Below the pieces are notes generated by a model that worked only from the letters and a program-made list of their open reading frames with translations, made no database searches and was not told where the DNA came from. Below are positions 29,576 to 38,420 of a DNA stretch of 64,000 nucleotides, one piece after another. Position 1 is the stretch's first letter, and each line of letters opens with the position of its first letter. A program made the position numbers and the translations under genes. Source of the DNA: a virus (lineage: Duplodnaviria > Caudoviricetes); the IMG/VR virus record IMGVR_UViG_2974629863_000001, positions 32,001 to 96,000 of that record; one strand, 5' to 3'.

Positions 29576-30493
29576 ATGACATTCATCGATTACGCAGAAC
29601 TACACATGCATACAGATTTCAGTTTGCTAGACGGAACTTCCGATTCACGACAGTATTGCAGTCGCGCTCAGGAATTAGGAATCGAGACGCTAGCCATTAC
29701 AGATCATTCAACTTGCGCAGGACACCGAAACCATCTAAAGACTTGCGATGAGTTCAACATCAAGGCAATTCTAGGTTGTGAAATTCACTTCACAGAAGAT
29801 CGTTTTGACAAGCGATCAAAGGCCAAGCGTCAAGATGGTGAAGAAACAGAACTCTACTACCATATGATTGTCCTAGCTAAGAATGACAATGGCTTGAAGA
29901 ATCTATATGCTATGGAGCGAGCAGCATGGCTAGAAGGATTCTATTCAAAGCCACGTGTTGACTTCGAACTTCTAGAGCAGTATCACGAAGACTTGATTAT
30001 TACAACGGCATGTGTTTCAGGACCGATTTCTCGTAATATCATCAATGAAAAAGAAGAAACCGCTTTGAAGTGGTTGTACCGACTCAAAGATGTATTCAAG
30101 GATGATCTATACATGGAACTACAGGATCACAATGAAGCGATTGCGCCGGGTCTGAATAAGAAGCTTATTGAAATGGCAGATAGAGAACAAGTAAAGATCA
30201 TTGCTACTAGGGATTGCCACCACGCAGATCCAGACAAGCTATGGCTACAAGAGGCAGCACTTATTCTAAATACAAAGCCCAAGTTTAACAAGGACTTTGA
30301 TCGTAGTAAAATGGCAACGATGGAATTACTAGAGAAGTTCAATTACCTCTACCCTGAGCGAAAGATGACTTTCGAAACAGCAGAGGTACATCTAGCAGCA
30401 GCAGAATTTACAAATCAGAAGTTCCTAGCTCAGAATATTGATCGACCAGACTTATTTTCAAATACAATCGAGATTGCGGATAAAATTGGCTAA
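29576..30493 (+). CDS. dnaE: DNA polymerase III alpha, N-terminal PHP domain part
   Basis: LHMHTDFSLLDG, AITDH, GFYSKPRVD, DCHH, NTIEIADKI. Confidence 0.9.
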   Translation: MTFIDYAELHMHTDFSLLDGTSDSRQYCSRAQELGIETLAITDHSTCAGHRNHLKTCDEFNIKAILGCEIHFTEDRFDKRSKAKRQDGEETELYYHMIVLAKNDNGLKNLYAMERAAWLEGFYSKPRVDFELLEQYHEDLIITTACVSGPISRNIINEKEETALKWLYRLKDVFKDDLYMELQDHNEAIAPGLNKKLIEMADREQVKIIATRDCHHADPDKLWLQEAALILNTKPKFNKDFDRSKMATMELLEKFNYLYPERKMTFETAEVHLAAAEFTNQKFLAQNIDRPDLFSNTIEIADKIG

Positions 30494-33329
30494 GGTAAAG
30501 CAGGCGTATACACTATACAAGAATCTAGAAACTCTGCCGGAACCAGAAGGCAAGGATATTGAAGGTCTTCTACGTGAGATTTGCAAGCGTGGAATGACCA
30601 AGCGAAAGCTGGACGGCAAGCAAGAGTATGAAGATCAGCTAGAAGAAGAACTAGAACTAATCCTTCGTAAGAAGTTTGGCGTCTACTTCATTATTCTTTG
30701 GGATATTCTACGATACGCACGTAGGGAAGGAATTCCTATTGGTGCTGGTCGTGGTTCAGCAGCAGGTTCATTAGTCTGTTATGTAATGGAAATTACGGAA
30801 GTTGATCCACTAGAGCACAATCTACTATTCTGGCGATTTCTCAGTGAAGAGCGTGACGGATACCCAGACGTTGACGTTGATATTGCACACCGTTACCGCA
30901 GTAAGCTAAAGCGTTACGTAGAGGACAAGTACGGAAGCGAAAATGTAGCTTCTATTACGACATTCTCGTACTACTCTGCCAAGTCAGCTATCAAGGCAGC
31001 TTGTCGCATCATGAAGGTTCCTTTCTCAGAGTCAAACGCTTTGGTGAAGAATATCGAAACGATGGATGATTTTCGCAAGGAACGCTATCGAGAATTCCAT
31101 ACTAAATACCCAGAGGTCTATAAGATCGCTAAGGGTCTAGAGGGCATGATCGAGAAGGCTGGATACCACGCAGCAGCCACGATTATTACCAAGCAAAAGC
31201 TCACAGATCTTACGTCGATTGAATCACGCGCAGTTAAGGGTGAAGAATTCCGTCAGCCTACTATTGCACTTACGAAAGACGATGCAGAAGAGCTAGGATT
31301 TATTAAGTACGACTTCCTAGGACTTGTCAACCTAACAGTGGTAGACGACTGTGTAAAGATGATTCGTAAGAACTACGGTCGTATCATTGACCCACTTAAG
31401 ATTCGTCCAGATGATGACAAAGTGTTTAAGATGATTTCCGATGGTCACACGCTAGGTGTATTCCAGGCAGAGGCATCAGCTTCTACCAAGGTAATTAAAG
31501 AGATGGGTATCGAGAACTTTGGCGATCTAGTGGCTTCTAACGCGCTGGTTAGGCCGGGAGCGTGGAAGGCCTTCGGTAAAGACTATATTGCCCGTAAGAA
31601 GGGATATAAGAAGGTCACATTCCCTACACCTGAGTCAGAAGAATACCTGAAGGATACATATGGTTTCTACTTGTTTCAGGAACAGACAATGCTTATCTGT
31701 ACTGATATTGCAGGTCTATCCAAGACGGACGCAGATAAGATCCGTAAGCTAACTGCACACAAAGAAGATCCGATTACACTTGCACCATTCAAAGAAGCAT
31801 TCCTTAATGGCGCACGTAAGAAGGTCAGTCAGGAACAGGCAGAAAAGCTTTGGGCCGACATCGAACTCACAGCAGAATACTCGTTTAACAAGTGCCTTGC
31901 AGAAGATACGCTAGTAGATATTATGATTGACGACGACGAGTCGGATGAACTAAGTTATGAGACCTGCACTCTTGAACAGGTTTATAATCTTTTTTCAGAC
32001 TTTGGAAGCTCAGTAGATTTCTATGTCAAAGGTCCAGAATTTATTAACGGAATCAAAGTCGGACCTGATACTTGGCATCTTATCAAGGGCGTTCATAATA
32101 ATGGCGTAAAAGATGTTTGGCGTGTTTGGACTGATAGCGAAACCTACATTGATGCAACTGCAACTCATAGGCATAGACTGTCTAAGAACTGGAAGATTGC
32201 AGCACATATTCATCAGAACGATGAAATATGGACTGATACAGGTAAGAAGACGGTAGCTGGAAAGCGTTACGCTGGAATGGTTCAGACGTATGATCTAGAG
32301 CTAGCGGACGAACCTCATGCCTTCTACGCTAACGGTTTTCTTACCCACAACAGTCACTCAGTGGCTTATTCGGACCTAAGCTATACAACTGCATACCTGA
32401 AGTACTATTATCCTGCAGAATTCATGACTGCATTGTTGAATAATGAGGAAGATAACAACAGTATTTCCAACTATCTTTCAGAGTGCAAGCGTCTAGGTAT
32501 TACTGTCAAGACGCCAGATGTGAATAAGTCTGGTATTGGTTATACGACTGATGGAACAACTATCTACATTGGTCTTGCTAATATCAAGTACATCTCAGAT
32601 AAACTAGCTGAACGTGTCATTGATATGAGACCATTTACTAGTTACAAGGATATGTGTGACCGTATGATGACCAAGGGCAGTGGTCTAACTACACGAGTGA
32701 TTGATTCACTTAATAAGGTTGGAGCAACTGACTTTAAGGATCACAAGGTAAATCACGACGATTGTAAAGAGTTCTGGTATGAATACCTAGGAATTGCTAG
32801 CTTTGATAGTGCGATCATCACAGATGAAATGTGGACTCGTATTACCAGGCTCGAAGATTTCGAGGATCGTGCGACTGGAATTGTGGTAGGATTTGTTCAG
32901 GATATCAAGCAAAAGGGTTGGATTCGAATTGATATTACGGACGGCACAGGTCAGACTGGATTCTTCGTAGATGAAGATCATGGTCTAGAAAAGGGCAAGA
33001 GATATCTTTTCGCAATCGCCAACAACTCTATGCTCAAGGCTATTAATCTGGAAGACAAGACTCCTAATGTCATCACAGAGTATCTTCAGGGATATATGGA
33101 CGATAATACCTGGATTATCGCTGCCAAGTCTAGGACCACAAAGAATGGTAAGCTCATGGGTACGATGATTTACTCTATTCGTGGAGAACTCAGATCATGC
33201 AGTATCTTTGAATCAGAAATGATGATGATGAAGGGCAAGTTCGGGCCGGGAGCTAAGGTTAGAATTGCATTGAACTCTTCTCCAAAGTGGGGAGATTCAC
33301 TTAAGAAAATTATTAGGGATGAACGATGA
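30438..33329 (+). CDS. dnaE: DNA polymerase III alpha, catalytic part, intein-containing; start uncertain
   Basis: GRGSAAGSLVCY, PDVDVD, KYDFLGL, GVFQ, RPG, FNK/SHSVAY; lies in the +1 frame relative to the PHP ORF. Confidence 0.9.
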   Translation: MIDQTYFQIQSRLRIKLAKVKQAYTLYKNLETLPEPEGKDIEGLLREICKRGMTKRKLDGKQEYEDQLEEELELILRKKFGVYFIILWDILRYARREGIPIGAGRGSAAGSLVCYVMEITEVDPLEHNLLFWRFLSEERDGYPDVDVDIAHRYRSKLKRYVEDKYGSENVASITTFSYYSAKSAIKAACRIMKVPFSESNALVKNIETMDDFRKERYREFHTKYPEVYKIAKGLEGMIEKAGYHAAATIITKQKLTDLTSIESRAVKGEEFRQPTIALTKDDAEELGFIKYDFLGLVNLTVVDDCVKMIRKNYGRIIDPLKIRPDDDKVFKMISDGHTLGVFQAEASASTKVIKEMGIENFGDLVASNALVRPGAWKAFGKDYIARKKGYKKVTFPTPESEEYLKDTYGFYLFQEQTMLICTDIAGLSKTDADKIRKLTAHKEDPITLAPFKEAFLNGARKKVSQEQAEKLWADIELTAEYSFNKCLAEDTLVDIMIDDDESDELSYETCTLEQVYNLFSDFGSSVDFYVKGPEFINGIKVGPDTWHLIKGVHNNGVKDVWRVWTDSETYIDATATHRHRLSKNWKIAAHIHQNDEIWTDTGKKTVAGKRYAGMVQTYDLELADEPHAFYANGFLTHNSHSVAYSDLSYTTAYLKYYYPAEFMTALLNNEEDNNSISNYLSECKRLGITVKTPDVNKSGIGYTTDGTTIYIGLANIKYISDKLAERVIDMRPFTSYKDMCDRMMTKGSGLTTRVIDSLNKVGATDFKDHKVNHDDCKEFWYEYLGIASFDSAIITDEMWTRITRLEDFEDRATGIVVGFVQDIKQKGWIRIDITDGTGQTGFFVDEDHGLEKGKRYLFAIANNSMLKAINLEDKTPNVITEYLQGYMDDNTWIIAAKSRTTKNGKLMGTMIYSIRGELRSCSIFESEMMMMKGKFGPGAKVRIALNSSPKWGDSLKKIIRDER
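31893..32351 (+). mobile_element. Mini-intein (153 aa) in DnaE
   Basis: Interrupts conserved YSFNK|SHSVAY; starts CLAEDT, has T..H block (ATATHRH), ends FYANGFLTHN followed by Ser; no endonuclease domain. Confidence 0.92.
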
Positions 33330-33562
33330 GTGATGAAGTAGAATCAGTAGGACCAGAACATGGTATTTATGAACTGTTCGTTGGTCTGCTAGCATATCAA
33401 GTAGAGAACGATGAAGCTGTAAATGTCAGTGAGGAAACTATGCTGACAATCATGAAGGCAGCGGTGGAAACTAAAATGGTTCCCGAGCTAGCTATTCACA
33501 ATAAAGACGGACGTGCATTCTTTGCAGTCCGGTTATCGAAAGAAGGTTTTGAAGAAGAATGA
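33326..33562 (+). CDS. Hypothetical protein
   Basis: ATGA-coupled ORF. Confidence 0.6.
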   Translation: MSDEVESVGPEHGIYELFVGLLAYQVENDEAVNVSEETMLTIMKAAVETKMVPELAIHNKDGRAFFAVRLSKEGFEEE

Positions 33563-33891
33563 GTTTTGAAGATTTCACAGAGTATCAGAAAGTAGCAAAG
33601 ACTACAGCTAAGCCTAGTGCAATGGATCTAACCTATCTACTAGGTGGTCTGGCTGTAGAGGGTGGAGAAGCCCTAGATAAGTACATCAAGGCAATTCGTG
33701 ATGATGAAGGTTACATTTCAAATGAATTGAAGAATGAAATTCTCAAAGAAGTTGGCGATGTTCTTTGGTTCGCAGCATTGATCTATGAGTACTTTGAAGT
33801 TGATTTCGAGTTTGCACCTGCACAGAATCTAGAGAAACTATTGGATCGTAAAGCGCGTGGTGTTATCGGAGGTTCAGGCGATAATCGATGA
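33559..33891 (+). CDS. MazG-like nucleotide pyrophosphohydrolase
   Basis: GL..E.GE, KEVGDVLW, N..KL..R..RGVI.GSGDNR. Confidence 0.85.
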   Translation: MSFEDFTEYQKVAKTTAKPSAMDLTYLLGGLAVEGGEALDKYIKAIRDDEGYISNELKNEILKEVGDVLWFAALIYEYFEVDFEFAPAQNLEKLLDRKARGVIGGSGDNR

Positions 33892-34889
33892 GTAGTTTTG
33901 ATGATTTCCTAAGTAGGCTAGATCCAAAAGATGCAAAGAAAATCAAGACTGCCGACTCTATCGAAACTATCAAGTATCCTCTTGCTAGTCGTAGATTAAC
34001 CAGTGCGCTTCGGGGCGGTATCGGAGCAGGACGTATTACCACAATTTACGGTAATACGTCCGCTGGTAAGACTCTACTAACTCTACAAACTATTGGTAAG
34101 TTGCAGAAACAAGGCAAAGTATGTGGTTTTATTGATGTTGAAGGTACCTTTGATGAGAGCTTCGCAACACGATTAGGTGTTAACTGTAATGAGCTATTGA
34201 TCGACGGAAGCAAGGCAGCAGGCAAAGTAGAACGCTATGCAACCATGTGGATGAAAGCGGGAATGGATCTTATTGTCGCAGACTCAATCTCAGATATTAT
34301 GCCTGACGTACACGTAGATGACAAAACCGGAAATCTGTCGGAAGGTAGAAAGCAATTAGGCGCACATGCCAAGGCTATTACCAACCTTATTCATGGCATT
34401 CACTACAATAACGAAAGAACGGCGGTGATTCTTCTGAGTCAGACAACGACTAAGATCGAATCTACATACACCAAACAGATTCCTCATGGTGGACAGAGAA
34501 TCTTCTTCGATAGCTCTACAGTGATTAGACTTACAAGTTCTAATACAGATGCTAAGCAGAAGAAGGGCAAAGTTCAGGTAGGTACTTCACTTATTGAAAT
34601 GCCTATTGGTCGTACAGTTGAAGCATTCGTAGAAAAGAATAAGATCGGACCTCAGCATAGAACAGCTGAATATGATATTTACTACGATGGTCCTGAAATT
34701 GGTATTGACACTGTTGGTGAGCTAGCAGATCTTTGTGTGGAGTTCGGTATTATTAACAAGGGTGGAGCTTGGTTCAAGTTTGAAGAGCAACAGTGGCAGG
34801 GTCGAGATTCATTAGTCCAAGCTATTAAGTCCGACTCAAAGCTAGAGATTACTCTAGAGTCAAAATTAGCAGGAGCTATGTATGGATAG
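33888..34889 (+). CDS. recA: RecA-like recombinase
   Basis: GGI..GRIT.IYG..SAGKT, FIDVE, VADS, KNK.GP, GAWF.F...WQG. Confidence 0.92.
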   Translation: MSSFDDFLSRLDPKDAKKIKTADSIETIKYPLASRRLTSALRGGIGAGRITTIYGNTSAGKTLLTLQTIGKLQKQGKVCGFIDVEGTFDESFATRLGVNCNELLIDGSKAAGKVERYATMWMKAGMDLIVADSISDIMPDVHVDDKTGNLSEGRKQLGAHAKAITNLIHGIHYNNERTAVILLSQTTTKIESTYTKQIPHGGQRIFFDSSTVIRLTSSNTDAKQKKGKVQVGTSLIEMPIGRTVEAFVEKNKIGPQHRTAEYDIYYDGPEIGIDTVGELADLCVEFGIINKGGAWFKFEEQQWQGRDSLVQAIKSDSKLEITLESKLAGAMYG

Positions 34890-35211
34890 TCCAGGCAGTG
34901 AACTATATGAGCTGAATCGTCTAGGAGCAAAGCCAACTAGAAACTCAGGGCGAGGACAGTTCAATAAGGGCGACGGTATTATCTACCTTGCAGATGATCC
35001 GTTACTAACAGTAGATGTAAAAGAGTATGCAAAGTCATACGGAGTTTCACAAACAACATGGGCAAAGATTTCTACCGATGCAAGGCAAAATCGGTCAGAG
35101 CCTATGTTGTTTCTGGCCCTAGGCGAAGAAGAGCCTAAGTCTAGAGTAGTAGTTATTAGTGAAGGTATGTTCCTAGAACTACTAGAGGCATATAAGGAAA
35201 AATATGAGTGA
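34882..35211 (+). CDS. Holliday junction resolvase (PD-(D/E)xK type)
   Basis: NSGRG..KGD...VDVK motif; adjacent to RecA. Confidence 0.65.
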   Translation: MDSPGSELYELNRLGAKPTRNSGRGQFNKGDGIIYLADDPLLTVDVKEYAKSYGVSQTTWAKISTDARQNRSEPMLFLALGEEEPKSRVVVISEGMFLELLEAYKEKYE

Positions 35212-35539
35212 AGAATATGATGAGTCGATTACAGACAAGCTTATTTCTGTCTATGAACTAGCTAAGATTGATGAGTTCTTGGACGATGAAGAAGTCAAAG
35301 ACACCATTGTAGAAATTGCAAAGTTAATTGCTAAGCCCAAGATTCCACCGAATGTTGCGGTTCCCATGATGATCAAACTTCAGGGGTATGCCTTCAACTT
35401 CAAGGAAAAGGGCAAGTACTACATGTATATTGGTAAAGGTGAAGCGAACGCTTCTGTAAAGAAGAACTATTACCTTTCATTTGCTGACGAGATTGATAAA
35501 CTAGTCGGTGTGCTCAAATTTATCATGAAAACCTATTGA
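35204..35539 (+). CDS. Hypothetical protein
   Basis: 111-aa ORF overlapping the upstream stop. Confidence 0.65.
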   Translation: MSEEYDESITDKLISVYELAKIDEFLDDEEVKDTIVEIAKLIAKPKIPPNVAVPMMIKLQGYAFNFKEKGKYYMYIGKGEANASVKKNYYLSFADEIDKLVGVLKFIMKTY

Positions 35540-35582
35540 TTTTGGCTAATTATGCTATAATTGAATAAAGAAATGAGGCATT

Positions 35583-36353
35583 ATGTCAAAATTACAAAGA
35601 ATGCTGGCAGTAGAGAAACTAACACCAGAAGAAAAAGAACTCGTAAAAAGTCTAAAATCAATAGAGAAGTCAGAAACAAAAGAAGCTCATCTTAAGAAGA
35701 TCAACTTTTCAGCTAGTGGATTGTATTATTCCTCTGGCGACTGTCCCCGCAAGTGGCAGATGTTGTTCGATGGTGTAGACTCGGTGGACACTTGGAAATA
35801 TACGTCCATGCGCGCTACCGAGACTGGCACTGATTCACACGAAAAGATTCAAGAACGAATGCTAGAAGCTCTTCCAGATCTAGAGATTGAAAAAGAACTA
35901 TGGCATCATGACCCAGAAATCCATGCTTATGTAGATGCTTATGATCCTAAGCTAAATATTCCTATTGAAATTAAGACCACAAGCAAAGAAAACTTTGAAT
36001 GGAGAACTTCTAAGTTCGAGGGAAATGATTACCATGTTAAACAGCTTCTTACATATATGAAGATTCTTGGATCTAAGATAGGCCTTCTATATTATGAAGA
36101 TCGAAATAGTTATGAAACCTTAATTGTTCCAGTGTTCTATGAAGATGAAAACAAATCTTTCATTGACAAGACATTTAACTGGATGAAGAAGGTAGAAGAA
36201 GTACATCAATCAGGTGAAAAGATTAAGGTGTTTGAAGGACGTAGAGTTAACTCTAAAATCTGCAAGGATTGCCCACTAAAGGCAGCCTGTGATGCAGGAC
36301 CGGAAGGAACCGTACAACTTCCACTACTATCGAAGTGGCAGGATGCGGCATGA
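35583..36353 (+). CDS. Cas4-like exonuclease
   Basis: N-terminal CPR, H...Q, D...EIKT, QL..Y and C-terminal C..C.....C Fe-S ligands. Confidence 0.8.
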   Translation: MSKLQRMLAVEKLTPEEKELVKSLKSIEKSETKEAHLKKINFSASGLYYSSGDCPRKWQMLFDGVDSVDTWKYTSMRATETGTDSHEKIQERMLEALPDLEIEKELWHHDPEIHAYVDAYDPKLNIPIEIKTTSKENFEWRTSKFEGNDYHVKQLLTYMKILGSKIGLLYYEDRNSYETLIVPVFYEDENKSFIDKTFNWMKKVEEVHQSGEKIKVFEGRRVNSKICKDCPLKAACDAGPEGTVQLPLLSKWQDAA

Positions 36354-36901
36354 GAATCCTTTCAATAGACTGTTCTACAAACAGCTTTGCATATGGAGTT
36401 ATAGTTGATGACGTGGTAGAATCCTACGGAGAAATTTACTTCGTAGGATCTACCCTCAACCATAGACTCAAAGATGCACGACAGAAGATGGAAGCATTTC
36501 TACCGGACTTCCAAGCAATGGATATCGACTACATTATTTTCGAAGAAGTAGTTAAAGTTAGATCTATGAAGACCTATGCAAGTATGGCTAAAATGTTCGG
36601 TGTAGCTATTTCCGTTCTTATGGAAATCGGTCCTCAGATTATTCTAGTAGAACCTCTCAAGTGGCAAGAGGCTATCGGTGTCACGAGTCCACGCGGGCGC
36701 AAGAGAGCCGAAATGGTAGAAGGATTACCTGAGTTAAAGACTAAGGCACAAATAGATAAATACATCAGAGAGTTTCGTAAGCAGAAGATTATGGACTTTG
36801 TTAAAGAGACTGTTGGTGTAGAAACAGACAGTGATAATATCAGTGACGCAATTGCCATTGGTCTATTCGCTAGGCAGATACTAAAGGATGGTTCTTTCTA
36901 A
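36350..36901 (+). CDS. RuvC-like resolvase
   Basis: MRILSIDCST, IIFE, P..W, D.ISDAIAIG; start re-called at ATG 36350. Confidence 0.8.
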   Translation: MRILSIDCSTNSFAYGVIVDDVVESYGEIYFVGSTLNHRLKDARQKMEAFLPDFQAMDIDYIIFEEVVKVRSMKTYASMAKMFGVAISVLMEIGPQIILVEPLKWQEAIGVTSPRGRKRAEMVEGLPELKTKAQIDKYIREFRKQKIMDFVKETVGVETDSDNISDAIAIGLFARQILKDGSF

Positions 36902-37053
36902 TGGCAGCACCTAAACCGTATGCTTCAGAGAAGTGGCTTAGACTTCAGTATGTCCAGAATAAAGCATCTATAGATGACATAGCTAAGATGTGTAATGTAT
37001 CTCATAACACTATCAGAACTCAGTTAATTAAATTCAAACTCATAAGGAAATAG
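36901..37053 (+). CDS. Small HTH DNA-binding protein (absent from ORF track)
   Basis: MAAPKPYASEKWLRLQYVQNKASIDDIAKMCNVSHNTIRTQLIKFKLIRK; fills the gap exactly. Confidence 0.75.
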   Translation: MAAPKPYASEKWLRLQYVQNKASIDDIAKMCNVSHNTIRTQLIKFKLIRK

Positions 37054-37054
37054 T

Positions 37055-37564
37055 ATGAAATCAGTATTTTTCATTGGCGCTGGTGGACAAGGAAAAACAA
37101 CTACAGCTAAACTAGTTGCACCAGTTGCAGGTTTAGAAATAGTTGATGGACTGTCTAGAAGCAATCCGTATCCAATGGGATCAGATGAAGGCCAGGATTG
37201 GCTAGGTATGACAGTCTGGCTTAAGAGCGTACACAGGATACCTAAGATTCATTGTAGAACTCCTATTGACGTGTGGGCATATTCTAAAGTATATGGAACT
37301 GGAAATATTGCACGGCATGAAGCTTATGTAGAATCTTGGCTCAAGAAGAACCCTAATATAGTATACTTCCCTAAGTATTTCTTAGTAGAGGATGATGGAT
37401 TCAGACCTACAGATGAGAAACTAGCTTGGGAAGTGGACCAATGGATTCAGGACGTTCTATATAAGTATATGCAAAAAGACTCTGACAAGGTTCTTCGAAT
37501 GGCGAGAACTCTGCCGGAAGAGAGAGCTAAAGTTATCTTAAGTCATTTTCTGAGCTATAATTAG
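37055..37564 (+). CDS. P-loop nucleotide kinase / NadR-Ttd14-like AAA protein
   Basis: GAGGQGKTT, RTPID..AY, EDDG.R. Confidence 0.65.
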   Translation: MKSVFFIGAGGQGKTTTAKLVAPVAGLEIVDGLSRSNPYPMGSDEGQDWLGMTVWLKSVHRIPKIHCRTPIDVWAYSKVYGTGNIARHEAYVESWLKKNPNIVYFPKYFLVEDDGFRPTDEKLAWEVDQWIQDVLYKYMQKDSDKVLRMARTLPEERAKVILSHFLSYN

Positions 37565-37577
37565 AACAGGTGATTAT

Positions 37578-37868
37578 ATGAGAAAGAAGAAGTCTGTAGC
37601 GAGTAAGGAACCTTACCACTACACAGATGATGTATATGTAGTTGATTTTAATTTCAAAGAAGAGCCAATTAAATCAGGTGCTTTGCTTAAGATTAGAAAC
37701 GATAGATCTGTATGGGTATTTGAATGCATGTATTACAACAGGGCATTAGATGTCGAATGGATCAATCTAAGAAGTCAGACAAACGGAGAATGGAAGAGCG
37801 TACGACCTGACGCAATTACCAGTTTGTATGTAGCGAAAAGGTCAAGGAGAAAAGTTGAGCAACGATGA
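37578..37868 (+). CDS. Hypothetical protein
   Basis: 96-aa ORF with SD-like AGGTG. Confidence 0.6.
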   Translation: MRKKKSVASKEPYHYTDDVYVVDFNFKEEPIKSGALLKIRNDRSVWVFECMYYNRALDVEWINLRSQTNGEWKSVRPDAITSLYVAKRSRRKVEQR

Positions 37869-38406
37869 GTTAGAATTGGTCTACGATGAGGTAGCAGAAG
37901 TAGAAGCTGAAGTAATTAAACTTCACAATGTTGGTAAGACAACATCGGAGATTCAGCAGCTTACTAATATGCCTCCAAAGGTCCAGAGAGAAATCCTTGG
38001 TAGATTTAGGGATTGGGCACAAAATGATCTAGCTACGCAGCAGAGAACCAAAGAAGCAGTAGCATATCTAGATCTATTCTTTACTGAAAAGATCAGAGAG
38101 ATGCATGAGCTTTATGAAGCTGCATATGATCAAGATCCACAAGACCTAAAGCTAATGAAGGAAATTCTTAAAGAAGAAGCCAATATTACCAAGATGCGTC
38201 TAGATGCACTACAGAAATCTGGTCTATTGGGAGCTAATGGTATTGGTGATCAGTTAGCTGAAATTGAGGAACAGAAGGCAGCAATCTTTGCAATGGTTAA
38301 AGAAGTTGCTATTAAATTCCCCGAAACTCAGCGTTTTATTGCCGAAAGAATTGCAGAATTGAGCGGACAGGTTGTTTCACATAGGGTAACAGAACCAGAA
38401 GTATGA
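37855..38406 (+). CDS. Helical HTH-containing protein, possible terminase small subunit
   Basis: Directly upstream of large terminase; N-terminal HTH-like GKTTSEIQQLT. Confidence 0.4.
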   Translation: MSNDELELVYDEVAEVEAEVIKLHNVGKTTSEIQQLTNMPPKVQREILGRFRDWAQNDLATQQRTKEAVAYLDLFFTEKIREMHELYEAAYDQDPQDLKLMKEILKEEANITKMRLDALQKSGLLGANGIGDQLAEIEEQKAAIFAMVKEVAIKFPETQRFIAERIAELSGQVVSHRVTEPEV

Positions 38407-38420
38407 TATAGTCATACATT

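Noticed and set aside
30488-30505. Matched-codon GGC-to-GGC ribosomal hop, or GT..AG intron, at the dnaE break
   Set aside because: The second GGC is 15 nt away, in the same frame, so it does not restore the polymerase frame; the 9-nt GTAAAGCAG would not remove the stop, and spliceosomal introns do not apply
35583-36353. Cas4 as evidence of a CRISPR-Cas system
   Set aside because: Solo Cas4-like nucleases are common in phage recombination blocks; no cas1/cas2 or array present
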